A DNA stretch of 64,000 bases. Source: an uncultured Gammaproteobacteria bacterium. GTDB taxonomy: Bacteria; Pseudomonadota; Gammaproteobacteria; JABCZS01. The stretch spans positions 2,916 to 66,915 of the forward strand of contig CAYUEL010000002.1 of assembly GCA_964443025.1 (NCBI GenBank). Direction: 5' to 3'. The translations under genes and the position numbers were made by a program. Below are positions 9,801-21,600 of the stretch, piece by piece. Each line of letters starts with the position of its first letter. Within the stretch, counting starts at the first letter, position 1. The notes under the pieces were generated by a model. The model worked only from the letters and a program-made list of their open reading frames with translations. It did no database searches and was not told the DNA's origin.

Positions 9801-11558
9801 TTGACCACCAACCCAAACCTTTGCTTTTTCTTCGATTGTTTGTGATAAAAATTGTGTTTTATGGATAGAATCCACGGCTTTGCCATGACCTTTTCCTTTG
9901 AAGATTTTAGGATTTTTTAATTCATGATTTAAATATTGGTTCATATTGCTGATTAATTCTTCAATGGTTTTCGCAATGAATGCAACTCTATATTCAAATG
10001 AATTTCTGCCCACCTGCAAAGTGAATTCTAAATCATCCATACGAACTGTATGATGTGGCAAATAATCAATCAGATCCTTCACCCAGCGATCAACCTGCTC
10101 TTCCGTGGGCGCCGATAATACAATAAGCCTATCTTTGGTTAGAGTCTGTACGCTTCGATCTCGACTTAAATATTCTTCTATCAATAAATGTGCATTATTA
10201 CCTCCTGAGCCATAGGAGTGTAAACCTGCTAATCGAGGTTCATTTTTTTTATTCCAGGCAAAAGAAGTTTTTAATAACTCACAAGGCATGCCTTCTACAT
10301 TGAGATGCGGATTGAGTTGATCAAGATTAATAATCGGATGGATGGTATTCGTGTGAAAACTTCTGATAATTTTTAATAATGCCCCGAGTGAAGATACACA
10401 CTCAATATGCACCATCATCGGCTTGAGTGTGCTGATTTTGCAATAACCAGGGGTGTAAGAAACCTCTGACTCCTGATACATTTGTTTCAGTGCAGTATTC
10501 AACGATTCCCACTCCACAAGATCTGCAACAGGGTTACCCATCCCCTGGGCCTCAATATATTCAATTTTTCGAATATCCGCGCCTGCATAACATTGCTTAA
10601 TCACCTCGACATGACTTTCTTTATGAGGTGCAGCAATTGAGCTTCCCCCTCGACCGTTATAGTTAATTGCAGCATTTTTTATGATGGCATAGATATGATT
10701 GTGATCACGTTCTGCCTCCGATCGTTTTTTTAACACGACAGTGATGACACCTTCGGCACGAACATACCCATCTGCATTTTCTCCAAATGAGAGTACCGTA
10801 TTTTTTGTACTAAGCACATTCAATTTTGATAAACCCACCAATACTTGAGGATTGAGAATGATTCGTGCCCCAGAAACCACTGCCATTTCAATTTCATTGC
10901 GATCTAAAGCTTGTTTAGCATAATAAATCGCTGTAGCAGTACTTGAGCACATGGTATTAATAATTTGTGAAGGGCCACGAAAATCAAAAAAATACGAAAT
11001 GCGATTAGCAGCCATGCTTGGGTGATGATTTAAACCGTTTAAACCTAAATCAATCTGGTGAGTTTTAAGCGCTTCTAAATATTCATTATCTTCTATGCCA
11101 ACGTATACACCAATTTTCTTTCCGCGTAAATTTTGAGAAGCATAACCGGCATCTTCTATCGCTTGATATGCAGACATTAGTAACAATTTGTGTTGAGGAT
11201 CCATAACCTTTGCTTCTGCAGGAAGAATTCCAAAAAACGCGGGGTCAAACATTTTGATAGAAGGAATAAACCCACCCCACTTGGTTCGCATTTTCGTCAA
11301 ATCATTTTTATCTGCGGAATAATACAAGGACCAATCAAAACGACTTTGGGGAATTTCTGTAATGACTGGTTTATCTAAATCTAAATGTTTCCAAAACTCT
11401 TCGACGTTCATCGCACCTGGTAAATAAGCACTGATGCCAACAATCGCAATACCGGTTTCATCCGATTTGACTGAACGGGTCTGTTTTTTTGCAACAAGAT
11501 CTTGCTGATAAGCCTCAAGTTTTTTTCTATAAATTTGTGCTAATTCATGTTGGTTCAC
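6840..11558 (-). CDS. Trans-AT PKS terminal module: KS0 - flavin monooxygenase (Ox) - ACP - thioesterase
   Basis: The KS keeps the active-site Cys (NTMCSST), but the HGTGT His is lost (EAQGMGN), so it is probably non-elongating. An FMO domain follows with GAGPAG and the FxGxxxHxxxY motif (FKGKIMHSGEYY), then a second Rossmann fold (VLVIGNGVSAMD). ACP (EYGFDSITLTG) and TE (GYSQGG) complete the module. GTG start is 4 nt after the LLM stop. Confidence 0.85.
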   Translation of the reverse strand: MNQHELAQIYRKKLEAYQQDLVAKKQTRSVKSDETGIAIVGISAYLPGAMNVEEFWKHLDLDKPVITEIPQSRFDWSLYYSADKNDLTKMRTKWGGFIPSIKMFDPAFFGILPAEAKVMDPQHKLLLMSAYQAIEDAGYASQNLRGKKIGVYVGIEDNEYLEALKTHQIDLGLNGLNHHPSMAANRISYFFDFRGPSQIINTMCSSTATAIYYAKQALDRNEIEMAVVSGARIILNPQVLVGLSKLNVLSTKNTVLSFGENADGYVRAEGVITVVLKKRSEAERDHNHIYAIIKNAAINYNGRGGSSIAAPHKESHVEVIKQCYAGADIRKIEYIEAQGMGNPVADLVEWESLNTALKQMYQESEVSYTPGYCKISTLKPMMVHIECVSSLGALLKIIRSFHTNTIHPIINLDQLNPHLNVEGMPCELLKTSFAWNKKNEPRLAGLHSYGSGGNNAHLLIEEYLSRDRSVQTLTKDRLIVLSAPTEEQVDRWVKDLIDYLPHHTVRMDDLEFTLQVGRNSFEYRVAFIAKTIEELISNMNQYLNHELKNPKIFKGKGHGKAVDSIHKTQFLSQTIEEKAKVWVGGQDLSWVRDQQGEKPYRVSLPKMPFNLKEYWALPGVNNSQESNKKLNICIIGAGPAGLVMAKSLLEEGHCPDVYEEKGTIGGLWALNNSAEKKNGAYQNTKFQSSRFTSVFSDFYPEKIKSNFYTVNEVMEYLNLYSKEYNLNSHITLNSKVISVEEKNRKWEVVVSHNGQEIKKIYDGVAMCQGSFTDPYVPEKQGLNEFKGKIMHSGEYYNNKLFENKRVLVIGNGVSAMDIADEASEVAKEVFWSRRSNKLILPRMVGFVPNDCQSPASLLVEENRTNIIERLRQSMPEYFKIYENSGILPTFEEFSLNPIVHINDHVVKKVAEKKITVKNDIAAFYSSGCMFEDELQQAHEVDIIVFCTGYKNIGNDDTRFNYLKNIKVLDDFSMGIFYKNNFTLVNTSVLPIAYTGSFYYMEMIARWYSQMLSGKLLLTNEEINSRITDAHYLIMAPISSVLFGIRLGLFPDPRKEFKKFWKLLNYPAFPMIHRLRGFHTYPQAEAMLEEFSKKSYIKTDANDDQLKLVKYRILAALSDDVLSNLLLASEIDQNEYEQALLHRSNPLILDWDSQYIKKNLKALTADQDEYHLVKFQEGLEKIVAEILQIEPEEIDIYKHLSEYGFDSITLTGLAHAILNQYPLIHLEPSVFLEHTTIHQLSQFVFEKYKAIFLNKNKKISMKKNKFKRNSFQLLKKGTKDIKTFWFHAAFGTTQVYQPIAQLMKDEISFYAMHSLVKEEDLTPCSNIEEMSHIYASLLMDNFDDPSFHLAGYSQGGVIAHEVARYLMKAGRRVQSIIMVDAPFSPITTYMTKNMYYLLIIFDMLSQIQTVNLAEIDLAPLATEDLEIDLDTLVDFCIKFKIPYSKKQLKSILSVHQEILSANSRSMENHIIKPLENSDCLSFHYFRRKHKNQYFQDRLFLNKYVSLQNKFYKGNNCLERWKNVIPDLHIHKTEAEDHFSFFKNEEILTQIAQVCHALYMQESPVKYKIATEYV
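7100..7830 (-). other. Thioesterase domain (approximate bounds)
   Basis: GYSQGG nucleophile elbow is encoded near 7495-7515 on the minus strand. The surrounding sequence fits an alpha/beta-hydrolase context. Confidence 0.5.
8700..9690 (-). other. In-line flavin-containing monooxygenase (BVMO-like Ox) domain of terminal PKS module (approximate bounds)
   Basis: Reverse-strand translation gives LNICIIGAGPAGL around 9600-9680, FKGKIMHSGEYY, and ends near IVFCTGYK around 8700. Confidence 0.6.
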
Positions 11559-11562
11559 GTGC

Positions 11563-12657
11563 TCACCTATATCTTTCTTTAAGCAATTGAAGATAAGATA
11601 ACGATTCTATAACTAATGAATAATCGACTCCAAAATCTAATAAGCATGCAATTTCATTAACGCCTACGCTGATAGCCTGATCAACCACCTGCTTGACCTC
11701 CGAAACAGGTCCAAATAAAGCACCGGTTTTTGAATAACGTTCAAATGAATATTCCACAATTTTATCAATTTCTTTTTCGCTGGGTTTTTCACCTTCTTTC
11801 ATCCCTTGAATATGGCCTGTTAATGCACTTTTAATGTATTGTGAAAAAGGTTCTCTGACGGCATGTTCAACCAACGATGCATTTTCATGAACTAAAGTGT
11901 GAAGCATTAAGGTGACAATGCCTGTTGCAGGATCAAAGCCGTGTTCAGCGCGCGCGTTGCGATAGATGGCAATTTTTCGACCAAGTTCTTGCAGATCAAT
12001 GCCTTGCAGCATCGTGAGCACATGATAACCACATTTACCAGCTTCATAAAAACTTTCGTCTAATTTTGTGACGACGAGCCAAATAGTGATTTCTGGTTGT
12101 AACGGCTCAGGGTAAGTGCGTACAGAAATCGATTTTTGATTCCCATTGATAAATGTGCAAGATTCACCACGCCACAATTGTTTTACCATTGCAATGCGTT
12201 CATGCCAGATTTCTCTTCTTTTAGAAAAATTTTCAGGGCAACTAATAAAATCGTTAGGATTCCACCCGCTCGCAAAACCTAAATCAACGCGACCATTTGA
12301 TAAATTATCTACTATAGACCACGTTTCCACTACTTCAGTGGGGTGATGCAAAGGCAATACAACAGAACCCGATCTCAAACGAATATGTTTAGTTTGCACC
12401 GCAAGCGCAGCGGCCAATGTGACAGGGCTTGGATAAATCCCCCCAAAAGGATGAAAATGTCTTTCAGGTAACCACACTGCTGTAAATTTATGCTGATCAG
12501 CAAATTGCGCAACGTCTAATACAAGTTGATATTTTTTCTTTGGATTTTGAGTTGCATCTGAAAAAAATATAAAACTAAAGTCAATACTGTTTTCCTTTTT
12601 ATTAAGTGATAACAAATCAGTTAATTTATTATTGCTTTCACTATATGACGTGTTCAT
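11563..12657 (-). CDS. Luciferase-like (flavin/F420-dependent) monooxygenase
   Basis: LLM fold starts at FSFIFFSD. The ORF opens at 12711, but the likely start is an internal ATG (MNTSYSE) near 12657. It overlaps the 3' end of the upstream PKS gene by a few codons. Confidence 0.75.
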   Translation of the reverse strand: MNTSYSESNNKLTDLLSLNKKENSIDFSFIFFSDATQNPKKKYQLVLDVAQFADQHKFTAVWLPERHFHPFGGIYPSPVTLAAALAVQTKHIRLRSGSVVLPLHHPTEVVETWSIVDNLSNGRVDLGFASGWNPNDFISCPENFSKRREIWHERIAMVKQLWRGESCTFINGNQKSISVRTYPEPLQPEITIWLVVTKLDESFYEAGKCGYHVLTMLQGIDLQELGRKIAIYRNARAEHGFDPATGIVTLMLHTLVHENASLVEHAVREPFSQYIKSALTGHIQGMKEGEKPSEKEIDKIVEYSFERYSKTGALFGPVSEVKQVVDQAISVGVNEIACLLDFGVDYSLVIESLSYLQLLKERYR

Positions 12658-15600
12658 TGTTTCTCCGTTTAGCAATGTATTTTGCAAACTTCTCAACAGT
12701 TGGATGTTCAATCAGCCAGCCGGGTTTAATTTCCATTCCGAGCAATCTCTCCAACGACAGACTTAATTGTGTTCCCGTAATAGAATCTAAACCATAATCC
12801 TGAAATGATTCATGAATCGATATATCCATTTCATTAATTTTAAGAACTTTTGCTAATTCAGTGGATATTTGATTGATCACATCACTATCATGAACGAAAT
12901 CCTGATGATGCACAACACTTTCTATTATATCTTTATTATTCAACTGCAATGAATCTCCTAACTTAATTATTTGATCATCACTTAAAGAAGGTATTTCAAG
13001 TTTGGCAATGAAAGAATCATAATCGTTAGGATGACTATTTTTCAAACCCTCAATTAGTTCATTAAAGGTTAATGATGAGTCATTTGTTTTAGGGCGAAGC
13101 TTGGATTTTCTGACGTGCATGATTTCAAATTTATTTTCATAAAAGTTTTTTATTTCGATAAAGGTGGGTAAAACGTTCGCTGCATTATACGTTATCGCTG
13201 CATTGAATAGCTGAAGACCTTCAGAGGTATTATTAAATATAAAACCTAAATTATGAGCATAAGCTTCAGAGTTGTTTTTTATAACTAAACTATGTGTATG
13301 ACTTCCCGCATCAGACCAGCCTGTCCAGTAAATATTATAATGTGATTTTTTGCCTCTCTTTCTTTCATACTCAGCAATATGCTCTAAATAAGCATTACCC
13401 ATACCATAATCACTCAAGCCTTTCATAAAACATGGAATCATTCCAGCTGTAGATGAAAAAGTAACAAAAAAGTCGAGATCATCTTTTTTAAACAGTCCCA
13501 TTAAAGTATCTAGCCCTTCTTGCTTGGGAGAAAGTACACGCGAAATGGTATCGATCGATTTTTTAACAAAAGCAACTTCACTTTCACGCATGGCAGCCAT
13601 TGCACCTGCGCTATGAATCACCCCTTTAATTGGAGGTCTTGTATTTCTGATTTGAGTAAAGAAATCATAAGCTGTATTCTGATTTTTAAGATCTCGGGTA
13701 TACAAATCAATTTGGGTTCCCAGGTTTTCAATTAAAATTAAATTTCTCAGCTTATGTTTCAGTTCATTGGGTAACCCTTCCTGATCGACAAGAGATGACC
13801 ATTCATTTCGAGGCGGCAACTCAGAAACGCCCATTAATATCAAATGTTTTGCGCCTAATCGAGCAAAATATTTAGCAAATTCCATTCCGATGCCACTAGT
13901 TCCGCCTGTTATCACATAAGTTGCATGCTGTGAAATAGATATATGGTTATTTAACTGCAAAGCAGTAATTTCCTGCTCTCGCAATATTGGAACATATCTT
14001 ACTTGATTGCGATAGATGATTTCAGACTCTTCTACTTCTTTGGCAACATCCTTTTGAATAATCTCCATGATTGAATTTATATTGATCAGATCGTCATCAA
14101 TATCAATGGTTTTGGCAAAAACATGTGAATATTCAACACTCAACATTTTTACCAGTCCTGTAAATTTTGCTCCAGCGAGATTTATTGAATTAGATTTAAA
14201 TGCTCTTAAATTTCGAGTCAGATGTATAATATAAATTTCAGTAAAATTCGCAATCAGTTTTTGATAGAACAACACTTTATTAATTTTATTTGTATCTGCA
14301 TCCTTATATTCTGAATATAAATCAGATAAATCAATCAAAATTGATGGATTGGTCAATTGCGCTTCTTTGTTTACTAAATCATGATAATGAATACAAGTCA
14401 CTTTCTTATTGAACCGCTTGACCAATTGATCCAGATCAATAATTTTTTCAGTCTGTTCATTAATTAATATAATCGCATCCTCATTCAAATACACGTTTGA
14501 GTTTTTGTTGATACTTTTTTCTACCCAGTCTATTGTTACAAATGACGCTTTGGCTTGGTTTTTCTCTTGTATTTGTCCATATTTAAACCGGCCGTGATCC
14601 TTATATTTGATAAGGTTCATATCCTTCTGCTTTTCTAAACCTTTTATCCATTCATTAAGTAGGATTTTTATTTTCACTTGAGGCGATGTTTCATTATCAA
14701 CTCCAACTACTTTTAACCTGATATTTGAATAAACTAGAGGATAAAAACTTTTCAAGGATGCATCTGATAATTCCGTCATCAAGTAAATATCCAATTTATC
14801 CAGCTGGGTCAATTGGTTCATTAATTGATGGGTTTCTTCCAAACTTACAGAGGATTGTTTCATGATAAAAACTGATCCTGCTGCTTCACCTTGACCCAAC
14901 AAAGACGTTGTCTCACTCCATAAACATGCTTTGAAAGAAAGCCGCACTTGAGCCGCATCAAAAAGCACTGAATTAATATCATTGATCAGGTCACTCAATA
15001 TATTAAATTCCGCGGCATCATAATAAATAAAAATAATATTAGTATTCTGTTTATTTTTTATTTGATTAATCCAATCATTTTCTTGTGGGAGCTCTGAGCT
15101 TATCCACTCTCCACTTATCTGATCGTGTGATACCTTTTGAGGCATGACCGGGACTTTACTGATTTCTATTGGCTTAGTCACCCAATATTTTCCTTTCGAA
15201 AATGGATAGGCAGGCAATGATATTCGTTTTGGTGTAGAAGAATTTTGATAAAGGTTATTCCAATTGATTCTCAACCCCTTGGTCCAAAAGCTAGCCAATT
15301 TATCAAAATTCCGGTTCATTTCCCATTTTTCAATCACCCCTTTCATTTCTGAATCATGATTCAGAAATTCAATATTATCGTCATGTTCATGAACTTGCCC
15401 ACAATAAAGAAATTTAGATTCATCTGCTTTATTTTCAATCCAGTGTTGCAAACCTTGCAGAAGTTGCGGCACTTCATCAATAATCAATGCCAATCGATGC
15501 TTATAAGCCTCTCGCCCTATTTGCAGCGTATATGCTAAATCACTTAATGAGACCGCTTGATTTTCCTTCACGAACTTTAATAATAGTTCTGCGTAGCTTT

Positions 15601-18600
15601 TTAAACTCTCTGGCGTTTTAGCAGATAACACCATCAAGTAAGGACCTTCCGTTATACTTTCTCCTCGCATGTCCACATACTCTTCAACAACTACATGCGC
15701 ATTCGAACCCCCAGCACCAAACGAACTCACACCCGCAACCCGCGGATACTCTATTCCGTTAATCACGGGCCGATTCCAAGATGTAAGCTCTCGTTGCACC
15801 TTAAATGGCGTTGCCGTAAAATCAATATGAGGATTTAATTCTTCAGCATGAATCGATGGCACCAGCTCTTGATGCTGCATTTGCAATAACACTTTAGTCA
15901 CACCCGCAATACCTGCAGCTGATTCGCAATGCCCAATATTCGATTTCGCTGAACCAATTGCACAATATTGCCTTTCCTGCGCCTCTTCATAAGCACGTGT
16001 TAATCCCGCAATTTCAATCGGGTCTCCCAATTGAGTGCCAGTCCCATGTGCTTCAACATAACTTACATGCCGTGGGTTAACTTTTGCTTCTGCTAACGCT
16101 TGTTGAACCACATGCGCTTGTGCGTTAGGATTAGGGACTGTATAACCGTTCGTTTTCCCGCCATGATTAATCGCACTGCCTTTAATCACCGCGTAAATGT
16201 GGTCTCTATCTTCGATCGCAGTAGCTAATGGCTTAAGTACAACACAACCCACCCCTTCACCAGGAATGTAACCATCCCCACCTTTACCAAAACTTTCACA
16301 TCGACCCTGGCTGGAAATAAAATTATTTTGACTGAGTAAAATATATTTATTCGGATGAATGCTAATATTCACACCACCTGCAATCGCCATTTGGCAATGC
16401 CCTGCTTTTAACGCTTGGCAAGCTAAGTGAATGGTCGTAAGTGATGATGAACACATGGTATCCAATGCCATACTAGGACCATTAAAGTCACAGACATAAG
16501 AAACTCGATTAGCAATGCTGGCCGGGTTACCACCCACACCTTGCAACATGGGTGCTCCATATAAAGGGTACTCTTCATACATAACGCCCACATAAACACC
16601 CACATTCCCAGCAATCTTCGAGTTTTTTAAACTCTCACGCGTATAACCACTGTCTTCTAATGCGTGCCAAGCACTTTGTAAAAACAGACGCTCTTGCGGG
16701 TCCATCAACTCCGCTTCACGTGGAGAAATATTAAAAAATAATGGATCAAACTCATCCACCCCTTCAATAAATCCACCCCATTTGCTTTTAATACTGGATT
16801 CATAATCATACATATTCCAATACGTAGGTGGAATCGTGGTAATGCAATTTTTTCCAGTTTTTAAATGATGCCAAAAATCAGATAAAGTCGGCGATTGAGG
16901 ATAGCGTCCACTCAAACCAATGATCGCAATATCCATCGTGGCTGACTTTGAAGCCATTGGAATAAAGCGCGAAGCCTGAGGCAATAATACAGAGTGCATG
17001 ACTTCAAGGCTTTTCACCGGTTGCTGAATATTTAAAATCTGAGTTAACTTAGCATGATGGTGCTTAATTAAATAATCAGAAAGCTCCAGCAAAGTCTGGT
17101 ACTCAAAAAATAATGTCTTGGGTAATACACCAAATTGCTCTTCTAGCACACTGGTTAATTCCAAAATCATCACTGAATCTATCCCATATTGATCTAAAGT
17201 CACATCAGATTTGAGACGATTGATTGGCATTTTTAAGATTACTGCCACTTTTCCTTTCAGGTATTGATCTGTTTTATCTAGCAATTGGGCATCAACGGTG
17301 TCTAGGTTAATCGGCGCATTATCCAGCACGGGCCCTTCATGGAACAACAATTGTTTACGTATTACTTCAGGATTTCCTTGCATTACTAAGCAATGAGAAT
17401 CACTCAATTGCATTACCTGCTCAAATGCAGATAAGCCTATTTCTGTTTCCATAGCGACTAAGCCTGTTTCACGCGTAATCCGCGCAAGACTCGCCGCATC
17501 GATTTGCATACCGCCAGATTTCCATAATGGCCAATCGATTGCAGCCATTCTACCTTGACGCAATCCCTGAGCGGCTAACTGATTATAATCATGTGCATAA
17601 GCGTCTAAAAATGCATTTGCTCCTGCATAATCAGCTTGCCCAAGGCTGCCAAACTGTCCTGCAAGAGAAGAGAATAAAACGATGAAATCAATATTTTCAT
17701 TTTGTAATGCTTTATCAAGATTTAAAACGCCTGTAATTTTAGGTCTTAGCACAGACTCAATTTCTTGATGTTTTTTCTTGAGGATAAATGCATCGCGAAT
17801 TACACCAGCACTATGAAAAACGCCATTGAGGTGACCATACTGTGTTTTAATCGTTTGTACAGTTTCTAAAACCGCAGATAAATCGCTTACATCGCAGCAT
17901 ACATATTCAACCGCCATGCCTTTATTACGCAACATGGATAATATTGTTTTCGCCGATTCATTTAAAGCAGAGCGACCAGATAGAATCAATGTAATATGTG
18001 AAAAAGTGGATAAATAATCAGCAAATATTAACCCCAAGCCGCCTAAACCACCGGTTAACCAATAGACTCCATGTTCTTTAATTACAGATCGTGCGCTCTT
18101 TCTAAAGTGTAATTCTTTAAATTGTTTGATAGAACGCTGACCTTTTGCATCATAGCGCACTTCCACCGCATTATCTGCAACTGTTTTTTCACGATTGATA
18201 ATCTCAACCATTTGCGTTTTATCAGCAATTGATATGAGCTTACCTATGAAATTTGGATTTTCCCGTCTAGCTGTTTTTAATAATCCTGCTAAAGAGGCAT
18301 AATAATGTTCTACTTGATTATCTAATACTAAAAACCAAATGTGCTTTTGGTGCGTCAGCTTTTCTTTTAATATTAATTGTACATGATCAAAAGCTGATAT
18401 AAAACATTGTTCAATCGATGAGCTCGCAATAGTATGTATTGATAATTCAGAGATTTTATCTTTCAATTCCCCAAGAGAATCAAAAAGGACAACCTCGATA
18501 TTGGTTAATGCGTCTTGTATCGCTGGCAATGAAGGTTGCCAAAGCGCTTGCGCAAGCACCAAATCTTCAGGCTCAAGCCTCGATTGAACTGCACGAATAC

Positions 18601-21600
18601 TCAACCCTTTAAGTGCGACACAAACTTGCCCCTGTTCATTGATTAAATCAAAATCATAACGCTGAGTTTCATTTTGACTGCCACTAGATTTTCGCTGTGC
18701 GTGAGCATAAACTTTGTTTGATAATGGGCTTAAGCATTGAATCTCTTCAATTGAATATGGCAAATAAAGTGTCGAATGATTTATTTTTTCAGATCTTAAT
18801 GCAAGAATTGAGTGTAAAGCGGCGTCAACTAAAACAGGATTAAACTCAAAATAACCATTATTTTCTGTGGTACTGATTTCTGATAGTGACTCTTGTTCAT
18901 TAAAAATGACCTTTTGAATTGTTTTAAAAGACTCTCCATAATGAATCCCCATTTTGTGGTATTGCGCATACAATGAATCTGGGGTCAAATTTTTTGTGCA
19001 GCGACTTTCAATCGCAGATAAATCAACAAATTTACTACTTTCAATTGAAGCGAGAATCACGTGGCCCTCGCTAAAAATGAGTCCGGTATTGTCTTTGATC
19101 TCATACACAATTTCATCACTGGATAGTGGATGTAGATGAATCATCACAGTTGTGGATTGAGTGACTCTAATCGGACGTGTCCAAGTAATATTTTTAAAAA
19201 CACCAATTAAGCCAGCAGTTGAGAGTGTCACTGCAGCACGCGCCATTTCGATATGACAGACACCCGGCAACACTGGAGTTGTGTTAATCACATGGTCACG
19301 CAAAAATAATTCATGACTGTAAAATGTAGTTTCAAAGGCTTGGCTAGCCAGTGTTGAAATATTTTTATCGATAAGAGGATGTAATTTTTGAACATCTTTT
19401 TCATGCTTGACGCCGTCAACCCAATAACGCTCTTTAGCAAATGGATAAGTTGGCAAAGAAATTCTCTTTGGCATTGGTGTTGATGTGTAAAGCTGCTTCC
19501 ATTCGATAGGATAACCTTGAACCCATAATTCTGATAATTTTTCAAACTTTCTTTTACCAACCCAGATATTTACCAATTGAGAAAAGTCTTCATCTTGACC
19601 TAATAAATCCATGGATGGATTAAATTGTAAAGTATTCCCAAAATAATAATGTTGTATTGAGGTATGCTGATCTTCTGCAATTTTTTGCAAATGATCGCAA
19701 AACGTTTTATGATCATAGGTGAGGAAAGCCATTCGATATTCCATGGCCTCTCGCCCTATTTGCAGCGTATATGCTAAATCACTTAATGAGACCGCTTGAT
19801 TTTCCTTCACGAACTTTAATAATAGTTCTGCGTAGCTTTTTAAACTCTCTGGCGTTTTAGCAGATAACACCATCAAGTAAGGACCTTCCGTTATACTTTC
19901 TCCTCGCATGTCCACATACTCTTCAACAACTACATGCGCATTCGAACCCCCAGCACCAAACGAACTCACACCCGCAACCCGCGGATACTCTATTCCGTTA
20001 ATCACGGGCCGATTCCAAGATGTAAGCTCTCGTTGCACCTTAAATGGCGTTGCCGTAAAATCAATATGAGGATTTAATTCTTCAGCATGAATCGATGGCA
20101 CCAGCTCTTGATGCTGCATTTGCAATAACACTTTAGTCACACCCGCAATACCTGCAGCTGATTCGCAATGCCCAATATTCGATTTCGCTGAACCAATTGC
20201 ACAATATTGCCTTTCCTGCGCCTCTTCATAAGCACGTGTTAATCCCGCAATTTCAATCGGGTCTCCCAATTGAGTGCCAGTCCCATGTGCTTCAACATAA
20301 CTTACATGCCGTGGGTTAACTTTTGCTTCTGCTAACGCTTGTTGAACCACATGCGCTTGTGCGTTAGGATTAGGGACTGTATAACCGTTCGTTTTCCCGC
20401 CATGATTAATCGCACTGCCTTTAATCACCGCGTAAATGTGGTCTCTATCTTCGATCGCAGTAGCTAATGGCTTAAGTACAACACAACCCACCCCTTCACC
20501 AGGAATGTAACCATCCCCACCTTTACCAAAACTTTCACATCGACCCTGGCTGGAAATAAAATTATTTTGACTGAGTAAAATATATTTATTCGGATGAATG
20601 CTAATATTCACACCACCTGCAATCGCCATTTGGCAATGCCCTGCTTTTAACGCTTGGCAAGCTAAGTGAATGGTCGTAAGTGATGATGAACACATGGTAT
20701 CCAATGCCATACTAGGACCATTAAAGTCACAGACATAAGAAACTCGATTAGCAATGCTGGCCGGGTTACCACCCACACCTTGCAACATGGGTGCTCCATA
20801 TAAAGGGTACTCTTCATACATAACGCCCACATAAACACCCACATTCCCAGCAATCTTCGAGTTTTTTAAACTCTCACGCGTATAACCACTGTCTTCTAAT
20901 GCGTGCCAAGCACTTTGTAAAAACAGACGCTCTTGCGGGTCCATCAACTCCGCTTCACGTGGAGAAATATTAAAAAATAATGGATCAAACTCATCCACCC
21001 CTTCAATAAATCCACCCCATTTGCTTTTAATACTGGATTCATAATCATACATATTCCAATACGTAGGTGGAATCGTGGTAATGCAATTTTTTCCAGTTTT
21101 TAAATGATGCCAAAAATCAGATAAAGTCGGCGATTGAGGATAGCGTCCACTCAAACCAATGATCGCAATATCCATCGTGGCTGACTTTGAAGCCATTGGA
21201 ATAAAGCGCGAAGCCTGAGGCAATAATACAGAGTGCATGACTTCAAGGCTTTTCACCGGTTGCTGAATATTTAAAATCTGAGTTAACTTAGCATGATGGT
21301 GCTTAATTAAATAATCAGAAAGCTCCAGCAAAGTCTGGTACTCAAAAAATAATGTCTTGGGTAATACACCAAATTGCTCTTCTAGCATGCCTGTCAACTT
21401 CAGAACCATAATAGAATCAATGCCAAGATTTTCCATCTTTGCATTTTCATTGATTTTTTCTAATTTAATTTTTAAGCTCTCTGCAAGACTCCTTTTTAAA
21501 TAACTCACTGTGTATTTTTTTAACTCAAAATCATTCGTTTGCGAATGTTGTTGAATAGGTTCAGATATCAAGTTTTGCACGGGGGGATGATGCTTGAATT

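Noticed and set aside
11563-12711. Luciferase-like monooxygenase start at 12711, overlapping the PKS 3' end by 71 nt
   Set aside because: The first 18 codons lack LLM-fold similarity and overlap the upstream ACP coding region. An internal ATG around 12657 is more plausible, so shortened coordinates are reported.
16423-16614. Two identical 63-aa ORFs (16423..16614 and 20662..20853) on the minus strand
   Set aside because: They are out-of-frame antisense artefacts inside the duplicated KS segment. Their identity only reflects the 1.64-kb repeat; they are not genes.
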